Shown: piece by piece, positions 35,278 to 48,388 of the stretch | How the letters are laid out: each line of letters starts with the position of its first letter | Numbering within the stretch: position 1 is the first letter of the stretch | Assembly (NCBI GenBank): GCA_030390025.1 | Contig: CM059438.1 | Span: 61,072,001 to 61,136,000 of the forward strand | DNA: 64,000 nt | Direction of reading: 5' to 3' | From: Squalus acanthias | Taxonomy: Eukaryota | Made by a program: the position numbers and the translations under genes | The notes under the pieces: generated by a model | Told to the model about the DNA's origin: nothing | Databases searched by the model: none | What the model saw: the letters and a program-made list of their open reading frames with translations, nothing else

Positions 35278-35580
35278 AAAGAAAGACTTGCATTTATATA
35301 GCGCCTTTCACGAGTTCCGGGCATTCCAAAGCGCTTTACTGCCAATGAAGTACTCTTGAAGTGTTGTAATGTTGGCAACGCGGCAGCCAATTTTCACACA
35401 ATGAGGTCCCACAAGCAGCAACATGATGATGTTTTTAGTGATGTTGGTTGAGGGATAAATGTTTAATGTCTCATCCGAAAGACGGCACCTCCGACAGTGC
35501 AGCACTCCCTCAGTATTGCACTGGAGTTTCAACCGAGATGTGCTCAGGTTTCTGGAGTGGGGATTGAACCCCATGACTTG
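35278..35580 (-). mobile_element. Deu-domain SINE
   Basis: Tail AAAGACTTGCATTTATATAGCGCCTTTCA and a B-box-like GGTTCAATCCC on the minus strand. Confidence 0.75.
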
Positions 35581-35739
35581 ACAAGAGCGTGAATCCTACC
35601 GAATGCGTATTCTCTTCCCTACAACTGGTTAACCAGCGTGAAGCCTGTGCCAGCTGTCTACCGGGTCTCCATCCACATCTCAGCACATTAAACTGGTATC
35701 ATCGAAAGGTTCAATATTTGCTGACACCAAGCAATGGAA

Positions 35740-37000
35740 ATTCAAACTGCCAAATCAACTGATCAAAGGGAGCAGATCTCCTCTCGAGCTAAGCTATCAC
35801 AGGGAGCAACTCTGCCAGGAAATGTTCCAGCTGGATCAGGACCATGCTTGGAGCAGGATTTGTGCTGAGCTGCTTTGAAAACTCGACGTTGGCTCATCTT
35901 AAAGAGAGTTCACCACAGCATTGTGCTGTTGGCAGTTGAAGCACTGCACCGATCGGACTCCTAACAACTTAAAACATTTCATCTGCTCTGCCCTGCGGTG
36001 CTCATTATTGTAACATGTAATTTTTATTTTCATCAAAGTGAAGGATGTCATTGCCAGTGAATGGAGTCATTTTAGCATCCGACTGGTAACATCAAGTCCT
36101 CCCAGATGGGGGCAAACTGCCTTCTGCATGTTTAGCCAAGCATTTCCAGGGCAAGTATAAGGTGGACTGGATGCCGAGCGAAGCTCCCTCTAAACTATGG
36201 TGAGGAGCGAGTAGATCCCATGCCAACAGTCCCGTGACTTTAATCAACGCATAGCTAAGTTCTTCTGAGCGGGGAGATAGCCCAAAATACTTCAATCATC
36301 CACCACTTCCCGAGCTCAAGGATGAACTCAGCCTCTCAAGCCTTAGATGCTGTTGCGGGATGGCTCAACTCAAGAGGCATTATGCAATGACATACAGCCT
36401 TGCCATATAACTCACGGTAGTGTAAGGAGGCCAAAACCTCCCAAGCACTGTTCCTGCTTAAACTTCCCTTCACGCTCCCAGGCAAGGGACCAGAATTGTG
36501 GAAACACCCCACTGTTGCACTCATAAAATTGATCTGGAAAGAGCCTTGCTCTCTGCCAAAGATTCCAGAGGTTTGTCTCCCCAATCTGGCACAACAAAGG
36601 ACTGCCAGATGCATGTTCACAGTGGATTCAGAGCTTGGCAATGAAAAGGGCATCTCCAGGGTAGACCAACTTCTCCACAAGAGCAAGATCCTGTCTTTCC
36701 AGTAACTAACAGACAAACTGCACCTTAGACGGAAGACCCAGTCAGGTATCGCCAATTTGTGCATTTCCTCCTGGACCCAACAATTCTCCACTAATCGAGG
36801 GATAGACGAATTCTAATCTGCCCCCCCCCCCCACCCCCAGCAACAGCTTCTCAACCCTAAATGCACCCATTAATGTATCTGTGCCCTATACCCTGCAGTC
36901 ATTTAATCATCCTCGGTAAGCCTGCAAAGGGGCTAGGATTGAGATCTACGCTGTCAAATAATGGAGCAAGGGAGGGAGTCTGCCAAGAAATTACATCAAC
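35740..37000 (-). mobile_element. Possible very old L1-clade ORF2 C-terminal remnant
   Basis: Broken minus-strand reading (…ASKA*EAEFILELG…LIKV…LLAP…L…C…) loosely follows the fish-L1 ORF2 C-terminal pattern. Weak and judged by eye only. Confidence 0.25.
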
Positions 37001-38052
37001 AGTTCCAGGTACCAATGCCTGCATATAGGAGCTTGAATTCTCACACCGGTCCAAAAGTAATTTCTTCCAGCAGCTGTCGTCCCAAGTCTCGGAGCATCCT
37101 CATTGACGATGAACTGGTCGGCTGCCTTTGGGATGACAAAAGGACCTAAATGAGTGGACAATGACTTTGGCGCGTGTCCTTATCATACGATCACAATTCA
37201 TGGGGGTTGACTGGATTAACTACAGTGATCTCCACAATTTATTGTTCTTGCCTTTACCACGCAAGGGGCCACATGCATGGGAAAACCAGTAAAACATTAT
37301 GGTCTACAGTTATACCCTCCGAACTATGGACCAAATCAATGCGCTCAACAGCTCTCCCAGTCCAGCTGTTCCCGGAAAACCTGACTCATCTGATTTTTCC
37401 ATCCCTGCGAAGCAGGCTCTAGGCGAGAGGTGGAAACCTGGAAATACCGTTTGATAAATGTCCTGGCACAAAAGGAGTGACCTCTCCCCCAGCGTTGCAT
37501 GCAAGCCCTGCGCTGTGCCACTGCAGAGAAACGCGGAGGCCAGAGACAGGGTCAACTGCGGCTGCGGCAGCGGCAGCACAGTTGAGGAGAGCTGGGCCTG
37601 TCTGGGTGTCTGGTGTTTGCCCCCGTTGTCTCAGTAGGCTTGCTGTAAAGTTGTTGACAGAATTCCGGAAGCTGCAGCCGACTGGAAGCTGTCAAAACAG
37701 CCGCGCGTTCAAGATGGCTGGAGCGTGTTGCAGTTGGTCGAGGCAAACCAAGCAGCATTCTGGCTGCTGAGGGGCGGCTCCCGCGCGGTTTTACAGCAGA
37801 AGGAATTAATTGGAGGAAAATGGTTTTAAAAGCGAGTGAGGGCCCGAATGAAATGGTTATCATCAGGATGCGACGGTCCTGCAGGCACTGTGGAACATTA
37901 CAGTTTAGTGAATGGAGTCTCAGACGACTCTGCTCAGTGTGAAAACCTTGAAGAGATCCCCAAATCTTTAAGAGATTCCCGCACTAAATCAAACCGAGAA
38001 AAACAATGTCTCTAATTGGTGGCCAGACTAGCCAGCCATACACAAAATAAGC

Positions 38053-38700
38053 CACGCCTTGGCGTACCATCCTGCCGTCCGGCGGAGGCGAAGGTCCCCA
38101 ATGGAGGGCTCTCTACGCGGGAGTCTTCCTTTATTCTATTGGGGACTTGGCCTGGAGGGTGTTGCACGGAGCAGTCCAGTGCAATAGGATGCTAAATAGG
38201 TTCACGGACTCCCAGGCTGCTTGTCATTTCTGCGGCCTGGAGGAGTCCGTGTTTCACATTTATACGGAGTGTGAGAGGTTGCAGCCCCTCTTTCATTACT
38301 TGAAGGGGCTGCTCCTCAATTTCTGGTTGCACTTCAGCCCCACGCTCCTGATCTACGGTCACCCGGTGCGGAGGGGAGTGGGCAGGTTGGAGGACCTCCT
38401 CGTGGGACTGCTCCTGGGCCTGGCCAAGAAGGCCATTAATTGGTCCAGGCAGCGGGCGGTCGAGGGGGTCGTTCGGCCCGATTGCCTGCCTCTCTTCCGC
38501 GGCCATGTTCGCGCCCGGGTGGCCCTGGAGATGGAGCACGCGGTGTCCGCCGGCACGCTCGAGTTTTTCCGCGACCGGTGGGCGCCGCGGGGACTGGAGT
38601 GCATCGTCACCCCGGACTACCAAATTTTAATTTAATTTGTTAAGTTTCCTTTAAAGTTTTACTGATTTACAGATATTTGTTTTGGTACCCATCAAAAGAG
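38053..38700 (+). mobile_element. 5'-truncated Tx1/L1-clade LINE (ORF2 C-terminal CCHC region plus 3' UTR)
   Basis: ORF 38147..38635 has WRVLHGAV and CHFC-x6-H-x4-C (zf-RVT-like); exact 14-bp TSD TACACAAAATAAGC at 38039-38052 and 38701-38714. Confidence 0.9.
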
Positions 38701-39104
38701 TACACAAAATAAGCAGTTCTACTAACTGCTGATCTCAATCTTAGGAACACAGGAGTTGCTAGGTGAAAAAAGACCAAGGTCCAACTAATTCCGCTTCTAC
38801 CATCCTGGTAGTCACATGATACAACGCTATTGGGGTTGCTGACTAATCACATCTATCAATCAGTCTACAACAGATGCAGACATGACACATGGAAAATCTC
38901 CAGTGGTGGAGATCTTTGGGAACCATAGGTCCAAAGGTCACCTGTTGCTCCTAAGCATGCTACACTTTCCACATGTCATGTCTCAAATTACTCTTTGTCC
39001 TGTGGTAAACCAAAAACAAAGAAATTCCAAAGTGTTTACTTAACACTCAGACTCTGATCCAGTGCCTAGTTTCAGTCATTAATTTGTTTTTGTTCTGATG
39101 ACAG

Positions 39105-41148
39105 GAAAGGAAATGCGGCCCAACCATGGCTAACAAAAGAAATTAATGATAGTATTAGAGCCAAAGAGGAGTCATATAAAGCTGCCAGAAAAAGTAGCAA
39201 GCCTGAGGATTGGGAGCAGTTTAGAGTTCAACAAAAAAGGACCAAGAGATTGATTAAGAGGGGAAAAATAGAGTATGAGAGTAAACTTGCAAGGAACATA
39301 AAAGCGGATTGTAAAAGCTTCTACAAGTATGTAAAAAGAAAAAGATTAGTGAAGACAAATGTAGGTCCCTTACAGTCAAAAACGGGAGAATTTATAATGG
39401 GGAACAAGGAAATGGCAGAGCAATTAAACAAATACTTTGGTTCTGTCTTCACGGAAGAGGACACAAATAACTTCCCAGAAATGCTAGGGAACCAAGGGTC
39501 TAGTGAGAAGGAGGAATTAATGGAAATTAGTATTAGTAAAAAAATAGTGCTGGAGAAATTAATGGGACTGATAGCTGATAAATCCCCAGGGCCTGATAAT
39601 CTGCATCCCAGAGTACTAAAAGAGGTAGCCATGGATAGTGGATGCATTGGTTGTCATCTTCCAAAATTCTATAGATTATGGAACAGTTCCTGCAGATTGG
39701 AGGGTGGCAAATGTAACCCCACTATTTAAAAAAGGAGGGAACTACAGACCGGTTAGCCTAACATCAGTATAGGGAAAATGCTAGAGTCTATTATAAAGGA
39801 TGTGATAACAGGACACTTAGAAAATATCAACGGGATTAGACAAAGTCAACATGGATTTATGAAAGGGAAATTGTGTTTGACAAACCTACTGGAGTTTTTT
39901 GAGGATGTAACTGGTAGAATAGATAAGGGAGAACCAGTGGATGTGGTGTATCTGGATTTTCAGAAGGCCTTTGATAAAGTCCCACATAAGAGGTTAGTGT
40001 GCAAAATTAAAGCATATGAGATTGGGGGTAATATACTGGCATGGATTGAAAATTGGTTAACAGACAGGAAACAGAGAGTAGGAATAAATGGGTCTTTTTC
40101 GGGGTGGCAGGCGGTGACAAGTGGGGTACCGCAGGGCTCAGTGCTTGGGCCCCGCTATTCACAATATATATCAATGATTTGGATGAGGGAACCAAATGTA
40201 ACATTTCCAAGTTTGCTGACGACACGAAACTAGGTGGGATTGTGAGTTGCGAGCAGGATGCAAAGAGGCTTCAAGGCGATTTAGACAAGTTGAGTGAGTG
40301 GGCAAATACATGGCAGATGCAGTATAACGTTGATAAATGTGAAGTTATCCACTTCGGTAGGAAAAACAGAAAGGTAGAGTATTATTTAAATGGTGATAGA
40401 TTGGGAAATGCTGATGTACAAAGGGACCTGGATGTCCTTGTACACCAGTCACTGAAAGCAAACATGCAGGTGCAGCCAGCAGTTAGGAAGGCAAATGGTA
40501 TGTTGGCCTTCATTGCAAGAGGATTTGAGTACAGGAGCAAGGATGTCTTACTACAGTTGTAGAGGGCCTTGGTGAGACCACACCTGGAGTACAGTGTGCA
40601 GTTTTGGTCTCCTTATCTAAGAAAGGATATACTTGCCATAGAGGGAGTGCAGCGAAGGCTCACCAAACTGATTCCTGGGATGGCAGGACTGTCGTATGAG
40701 GAGAGATTGGGTCGACTAGGCCTGTATTCACTAGAGTTTAGAAGAATGAGAGTGAATCTCATTGAAACGTATAAAATTCTGACAGGGCTAGACAGACTGG
40801 ATGCAGGGAGGATGTTTCCCCTGGCTGGGGGGTCTAGAACGAGGGGTCACAGTCTCAGGATACAGGGAAGGACATTGAGGACTGAGATGAGGAGAAATTT
40901 CTTCACTCAGAGGGTGGTGAACCTGTGGAATTCTCTACCACAGAAGGCTGTGGAGGCCAAGTCACTGAATATATTTAAGAAGGAGATAGATAGATTTCTA
41001 GACACTAAAGGCATCAAGGGGTATTGGGAGAGAGCGGGAATATGGTATTGAGATAGAGGATCAGCCATGATTATATTGAATGGCGGAACAGGCTCGAAGG
41101 GCCGAATGGCCTACTCCTGCTCCTATTTTTCTATGTTTCTATGTTTCT
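39105..41148 (+). mobile_element. 5'-truncated CR1 LINE, ORF2 RT pseudogene
   Basis: Frameshifted ORFs with DFQKAFDKV, GVPQGSVLGP and KFADDTKL; in-frame stop near 40560; (CTATGTTT)n tail. Confidence 0.95.
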
Positions 41149-41235
41149 AGATTGCCTCGGAACGACATGGCATTTTTGTGGTTTCATGCTTCATTATATT
41201 CTATGTTCTCTTTACATCATCTCACTTACTAATCC

Positions 41236-41853
41236 TAGGTCAGATACAGCATGAGTTAGGCACAAAGTAAAGCTCCCACTACACTTCTACACTATGTCAT
41301 CAATGATTCCCAGATAGTATCCTATCAAGCACTTCTGGGTCAGGTACAGCATGGGCTCGATTCAGAGCAAAACTCCCTCTACACTGCCCCATCAAACACT
41401 CCCAGGGCAGGGACAGCACCGGGTTAGATACAGAGTAAAGCTCCCTCTACACTATCCCATCAAACACTCCCAGGGCAGGGACAGCACCGGGTTATATACA
41501 GAGTAAAGCTCCCTCTACACTGTCCCATCAAACACTCCCAGGACAGGTACAGCATGGGTTAGATACAAAGTAAAGTTCCCTTTACAATGTCCCATGTCCC
41601 ATCAAACACTCTCAGGGCAGGTGCAGCACGGGTTAGATACAGAGTAAAGCTCCCTCTACACTGTCCCATCAAACACTCCCAGGGCAGGTACAGCATGGGT
41701 TAGATATGGCGTAAAGCTCCCTCTACACTGTCCCATCAAACACTCCCAGGGCAGGTACAGCACAGGTTAGATAGAGAGTAAAGCTCCCTCTACACTGTCC
41801 CATCAAACACTCCCAGGGCAGGTACAGCACGGGGTTAGATACAGAGTAAAGCT
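41236..41853. repeat. 67-68-bp minisatellite (CCCATCAAACACTCCCAGGGCAGGTACAGCACGGGTTAGATACAGAGTAAAGCTCCCTCTACACTGT), about 9 copies
   Basis: Unit starts near 41388, 41456, 41524, 41598, 41665, 41732 and 41799, plus two degenerate 5' copies. Confidence 0.95.
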
Positions 41854-41914
41854 CTTCTTATGCCGCACGGGCTGGGAACTTTTAGATTTGGGTTGTTCCA
41901 CTCCTTGAATTACA

Positions 41915-42027
41915 ATTCCTATATAACAACAGTGTCTGCACTTCAAACGTACTGCATTGGCTTAAAGTGCTTTGGGACGTCCTGAGGTTGTGAAAGGCGC
42001 TGTATAATTGCAAGTCTTTCTTTCTTT
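41915..42027 (+). mobile_element. Deu-SINE/L2-type 3' tail
   Basis: CACTTCAAA…AAAGTGCTTTGGGACGTCCTGAGGTTGTGAAAGGCGCT. Confidence 0.65.
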
Positions 42028-42938
42028 GAAAGTTCGAATGTTTGGGCCTCAGCTTAGAGCAGGTTGAACTTGGCTTTGACTCCCCTGTAGTTGGTTAGCA
42101 TATTGACAGTGTCTCGACTCACAAATGGAAACTTGGACAAAGTATCAGAGAGTGTCTGGCAGCTGTGGAGCTGTGCGTCAGCATAAGCCACTGTAAAGGA
42201 GGAGATAAAAGGGTTGAAAATTGGAGCAAAAGGGATACACTCTGATCTTTCTCTAATCCCTCCATTGATTACTGCTCCGCAATGACTGGACACATTAGAG
42301 TTGAGCAAGCTATCACTCCCAGATGTCTTTAAAGCTCTCCTCTAACTGGTTCAATGGCACTCATTGAGTCAGTCTATCTCCCAATCTTCTTCTAATGTGT
42401 AACACCTGGGACTTCTCCATATTGAATTTCATAGTTCTGTCTACTTGCAACATTTGTCTGGATCCTTCTGTAGTTCGTTTGAAGCCTCATCAGACTCAAC
42501 TGCCCCTATAGGTTGGTATCAATTGCTAATTTGGCCAAATTGCATTTCGTTTCTGAATCAAAGCTTTTTATATAGATTAAAAATATTAAGGGCCCCAATC
42601 CCTGCGGTATTACACTTAATACATCTTCCCAACCTGACGTCACACGAACTCTTACCCGTCAATTTCTCCCTTTCAGCAAACTCCTTACCTGCCTTCAAGT
42701 ATTCTCATGGATGCCCCCTGTAGCATAAGAACATAAGAAATAGGAGCAGGAGTAGGCCATTTGGCCCTTCGAGCCTGCTCCGCCATTCAATAAGATCATG
42801 GCAGAACTTCTACCTCTTCTCCACTTTCCTGAACTATCTCCCTATCCCTTCATTCCCTTAATATTCAAAAAACTATCGTACTTTGTCTTGAATATACTCA
42901 AAGACTGAGCATCTGCAGCCCTCTGGGATAGAGAATTA

Positions 42939-43831
42939 GGGGTAAAAATTCACTTGGTTGCGCCACCCGTTAGCGCCTTAAGAGGGCGCTAATGGGGCGC
43001 AAAGCCGCTAACGCCCGGGCGCAGCGATGTTTGCGCCGCTCGAGAACTTAACTTGAGATTGTGCGGCGGCGCTAAAACTTACCGCTGCGACCACCTGCGC
43101 GCGCAGATTGTGACGTCATTCCATGGTGCAACGCCCTTGCGGTGCCCCGTAGCGGAAATTGAGTGGCGCCCCCTGCCTTACCGCCTGGCGCTTCCAACGA
43201 CCAGAAGACTGGAACGCTATCAATCCCTGTGGGGCTGGGGGGGGCGCTATTTAAAGGGGGCCTCTTCCTGTCTTTTATTGTTGGTGGCATTTTTGAACTA
43301 CGCATTCTGAGAGAGAGAGGGAGAGACTTCTGGAGAGATTCAACGTTGTGTGAAGGAGTTTTGGGTACTGAGCAGTACTTTGCAGGTTCATTTTGATTTG
43401 CCATTCCTTGTATCGATTTAGCAGAGACCGTGGGAGCTGCACTCTGAGCTCTTTGCCTGGTGCTCTCCATTGTTCTTTCCAGCACATTTGATGTGCAAGT
43501 CTCTTCAGGCCGAGATTCAAGGCAGCAATGAACAGGATGTGGATGGAAAGCAAGATTAACCATCCCCTTTAAGAACTGGCCCGTGCCATTGTGTGTGTGT
43601 TCCATTGCTGACTGACATTACATGAGCTTCGCCAGCGCTCCGAGTTAGCGCCTCACTGCTCGGCCTTTGCGCCTTAAGAGAGGTGTGCAGCGCCTGCTTT
43701 AGCGCTCCACTCACCTCCCGGGGCGGTAAAAGTGAAGTTTCCCGTCAGTGCCGATAATTAGCGCCAGGCGCTAATATTTGCGTCCGGACGATATTTGCGC
43801 CCCAAATGGGGCGCGACCTAACTTCTACCCC
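42939..43831. mobile_element. 893-bp non-autonomous PIF/Harbinger element, copy 1
   Basis: TIRs GGGGTAAAAATT / AACTTCTACCCC, TTA TSD (42936-38, 43832-34), many GCGCC/GGCGC subterminal repeats; near-identical inverted copy at 61592-62484. Confidence 0.9.
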
Positions 43832-46533
43832 TTAGAGTCTTAGAGTCAGAGAGTTATACAGCACAGAAAGAGGCCCTTCGGCCCATCGTGTCCGCGCTGG
43901 CCATCAAGCCCTATCTATTCTAATCCCATTTTCCAGCACTTGGTCCGTAGCCTTATATGCTATGGCGTTTCAAGTGCTCATCAAAATGCTTCTTGAATGT
44001 TGTGAGGGTTCCTGCCTCTACCACCCTTTCAGGCAGTGAGTTCCAGATTCCAACCACCCTCTGGGTGAAAATGTTTTTCCTCAAATCCCCTCTAAACCTC
44101 CTGCCCCTTACCTTGAAACTATGCCCCCTGGTTATTGACCCCTCTACTAAGGGGAAAAGTTCCTTTCTATCTACCCTATCTATGCCCCTCATAATTTTGT
44201 ACACCTCAATCAGGTCCCCCCTCAGCCTTCTCTGCTCGAAGGAAAACAACCCCAGTCTGTCCAGTCTCTCTTCATAGCTGAAGCGCTCCAGCCCAGGTAA
44301 CATCCTGGTGAATCTCCTCTGCACCCTCTCCAATGCAATCACATCCTTCCTATAGTGTGGCGACCAGAACTGCACACAGTATTCCAGCTGTGGCCTAACT
44401 AGCGTTTTGTACAGCTCCATCATAACCTCCCTGCTCTTATATTCTATGCCTCGGCTAATGAAGGCAAGTATCCCATATGCCTTTTTAACCACCTTATCTA
44501 TCTGTCCTGCTGCCTTCAGGGATCTATGTACATGCACACCAAGGTCCCTCTGATCCTCTGTCCTTCCTAGGGTCCTACCATTCATTGTGTATTCCCTTGC
44601 CTTGTTAGTCCTCCCAAAATGCATCACCTCACACTTTTCAGGGTTAAATTCCATTTGCCACTGTTCTGCCCATCTGACCAACCCGTCTATATCGTCCTGT
44701 AGCCTGAGGCTTCCCTCCTCGCTATTTACCACCCCACCAATTTTCGTGTCATCTGCGAACTTACTGATCATACCTCCTACATTCATATCTAAATCATTAA
44801 TGTACACTACAAACAGCAAAGGACCCAGCACCGATCCCTGCGGTACACCACTGGACACAGGCTTCCAGTCACAAAAACAACCTTCGACCATCACCCTCTG
44901 CCTCCTGCCACTAAGCCAATTTTGGATCCAATGTGCCAAATTGCCCTGGATCCCATGGGCTCTTACCTTCTTGACCAGTCTCCCATGTGGGACTTTGTCA
45001 AAAGCCTTACTGAAGTCCATGTAGACCACATCAACTGCACTACCCTCATCCACACACCTAGTCACCCCCTCGAAAAATTCAATCAAATTGATTAGACATG
45101 ATCTCCCCCTGACAAAGCCATGCTGACTATCCTTGATTAATCCTTGCCTCTCCAAGTGGAGACTAATTCTGTACCTCAGAATTTTTTCCTATAATTTCCC
45201 TACCACTGATGTTAGGCTCACTGGCCTGTAATTCCCTGGTTTATCCCTACTACCCTTCTTGAATAATGGTACTACGTTAGCTGTCCTCCAGTCCTCTGGC
45301 ACCTCCCCTGTGGCCAGAGAGGTTCTGAAAATTTGTGTCAGAGCCCCTGCAATCTCCTCCCTTGCCTCACACAGCAGCCTGGCATACAACTCGTCTGGGC
45401 CTGGGGATTTATCCACCTTTATGCCCGCTATAACCGCTAGTACCTCCTCCCTCTCAATACTAATTTGTTCAAGTATATCACAATCCCCCTGCCTGATTTC
45501 TATGCCTACATTGTCCTTCTCCATAGTGAACACAGATGCAAAATATTCATTTGAAACCTCACCCTCTAAGCCTTTCACACTCTGACTATCCCAGTTAATA
45601 TTGGGGAAGTTGAAATCCCCTACCATTATTACCGTATTATTTCTACACTTCTCTGAGATTTGCCTACATATCTGTTCCTCTATCTCCCCCTGACTATTTG
45701 GGGGCCTATAGTACACTCCCAGCAAAGTGCTTGCCCCCTTTTTCTTTTTAAGTTCTACCCATATGGCCTCATTAGAGGAACCTGCTAAGATATCATCCCT
45801 CCTTACAGCAGTAATTGACACGTTGATTAATATTGCGACACTCCCTCCTCTTTTACACCCCCCTCTCACTCGCCTGAAGATTCTATACCCCGGAATATTG
45901 AGCTGCAAGTCCTGCCCCTCCCTCAACCATGTCTCTGTGATAGCAACAATATCACACTCCCATGTGTTCATCAACACCTTCAATTCATTTGCCTTACTCG
46001 CAAGACTCCTTGCATTAAAATAAATGCCATCCAGCCATGCCATACTCCCTTGTGCCATTACATATTTGCTCTGCCTTCCATCTGACTTGTTTTTCCTCTA
46101 TATTTGGCTGTGCATCACCCCCTACTATAGCTCCACTCCGTATCCCATCCCCCTGCCAAGTTAGTTTAAACCTCCCCCAACAGTACTAGCAAACCTCCCC
46201 GCAAGGATGTTGGTCCCGTTCTGGTTCAGGTGCAACCCATCCGACTTGTACAGGTCCCACCTTCCCCAGAAGCAGACCCAGTGATCCAGGAAACTAAAGC
46301 CCTCCCTCCTGCACCAACTCTTTAGCCACGCATTCATCTGCTCTATCCTCCTATTCCTATACTCACTAGCACGTGGCACCGGGAGTAATCCAGAGATTAC
46401 AACCTTTGAAGTCCTGCTTTTTAATCTGCTACCTAGCTCCCTAAATTCTTGTTGCAGGACCTCATCCCTCTTTCTACCTATGTCGTTGGTACCAATGTGA
46501 AGCACGACCTCTGACTATTCGCCCTCCCCCTTC
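43832..46533 (-). mobile_element. CR1 LINE 'B' with ORF1 esterase C-terminus, APE endonuclease and RT
   Basis: 46161..46505 has HIGTND and DGLHL (SGNH esterase of CR1 ORF1). 45189..46058 has AITETWL, YYRPPN and GDFN with an internal deletion near 45558. 43953..45155 is a 400-aa open RT/C-terminal frame. AGAATT is duplicated at 42932 and 46534. Confidence 0.95.
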
Positions 46534-48388
46534 AGAATTCCAAAGATTCACCACCCTCTGAGTGAAGAAATTTCTTCTCATCTCAGTGCTAAATGGCTGA
46601 CCCCTTATTCTGAGACTGTGACCCCTGGTTCTAGACTCCCCAGCCAGGGGAAACATCCTCCCTGCATCCACCCTGTCAAACCCTGTAAGAATTTTGTATG
46701 TTTCAATGAGATCCCCTCTCATTCTTCTAAACTCTAGAGAATATAGGCCTAGTCTATTCAATCTGTCCTCATAGGACAATCCCCTCATCCCAGGAACTAG
46801 TCTGGTGAACCTTTGTTGCACTCCCTCTATGGCAAGTATATCCTTCCTTACGTAAGGAGACCAAAACTGTACACAATACTCCAGATGTGGTCTCATCAGG
46901 GCCCTATATGATTGCAGTAAGACAATTTACTCTTATACTCAAATCCTCTTGTAATAAAGGCCAACATACCATTGGATTTCCTAATTGCTTGCTGAACCTG
47001 CATGTTAACTTTCAGTGATTTGTGTACAAAGACACCCGGGTCCCTCTGAACACCAACATTTCCCAATCTCTCACCATTTAAAAAATACTCTGCTTTTCCA
47101 TTTTTCCTACCAAAGTGGATAACTTCACATTTCTCCACATTATATTCCATTTGCCAAGTTCTTGCCCACTCACTTAGCCTGTCTATATCCCCTTGAAGCC
47201 TCCTTGCATCCTCCTGACAACTTACATTCCCACCCAGCTATGTATCATCAGTAAACTTGGATATATTACATTTGGTTCCCTCATCCAATCATTGATGTAG
47301 ATTGTGAATAGCTGAGGTCCAAGCACTGATCCTTGCAGTACCGCACTAGTTACAGCCGCCAACCCGAAAATGACCCGTTTATTCCTACTCTCTGATTTCT
47401 GTCCGTTAACCAATCCTCAATCCATGCTAGTATATTACCCCCAATCCCATGAGCCCTAATTTTGTTTAATAACCTCTTGTGTGGCATCTTATCGAATGCC
47501 TTCTGAAAATCCAAATACACCACATCCACTGGTTCCCCCTTATCTATTCATCTATTCTGCTAGTTACAATCTCAAAAAACTCTAATAGATTTGTCAAACA
47601 CGATTACCCATTCATAAATCCGTGTTGGCCCAATCCTATTATTATTTTCTAAGTGTCCTGGTACCACGTCCTTAATAATAGATTGTAACATTTTCCCTAC
47701 TACTGATGTCAGGCTAACTGGATATAGTTCCCCGTCTGTAGTTCCCCATTTTCTCGCTCCCTCCTTTCTTAAATAGTGGGGTTACATTTGCTACCTTCCA
47801 ATCAGCAGGAACCGCTCTAGAATCTATGGAATTTTGGAAAATGACAACCAATGCATCCACTATCTCTATAGCCAACTCTTTCAAAACCCTAGGATGTAGG
47901 CCATTAGGTCCAGGGGATTTATCAGCATTCACTCCCTTTAATTTCTCCAGTACTACTTTTTTACTAATACTAATATCTTTTAGTTCCTCATACTCGCTAG
48001 ACCTTTGGTTGTTCACGATTTCTCCAAGAGGCGGGATAGGCCCTTAAGGCCCTTAACAACCACTTAATTGCCTCTATTATCCCATTTCTGATTTTAACAC
48101 TTTTCCCACGTGCTGCACGTCTCCTCTGGAACACGCCAGTGAATCCTGGCGGCATCACAAGTGGATTGCTTACTAACAGCTGCAGCTCCACCATTAAAAA
48201 GGAGTTTTCAGCAATCATCATTTGCAGGAGGCAGAACTTTGTTGTCTCAGGTCTGGGGGAACTTTTAGCAGGCCTACTCATTGTTCTGGAAGTTTGGAGC
48301 CTGACACCCATCTCCAGTTTGACCTCCTGGGAAACCCCTCTCCCCACCTTGAATGAGCGCTTCCTCAACTGAGGTATATACCAGAAGA

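Noticed and set aside
43072..43605. 177-aa ORF 'conserved' at 61818-62351
   Set aside because: It is shared only because both are copies of the same young non-autonomous element; no recognisable domain.
43957..45024. Antisense ORFs over CR1 ORF2
   Set aside because: These are common shadow frames of CR1 RT sequence with no independent evidence.
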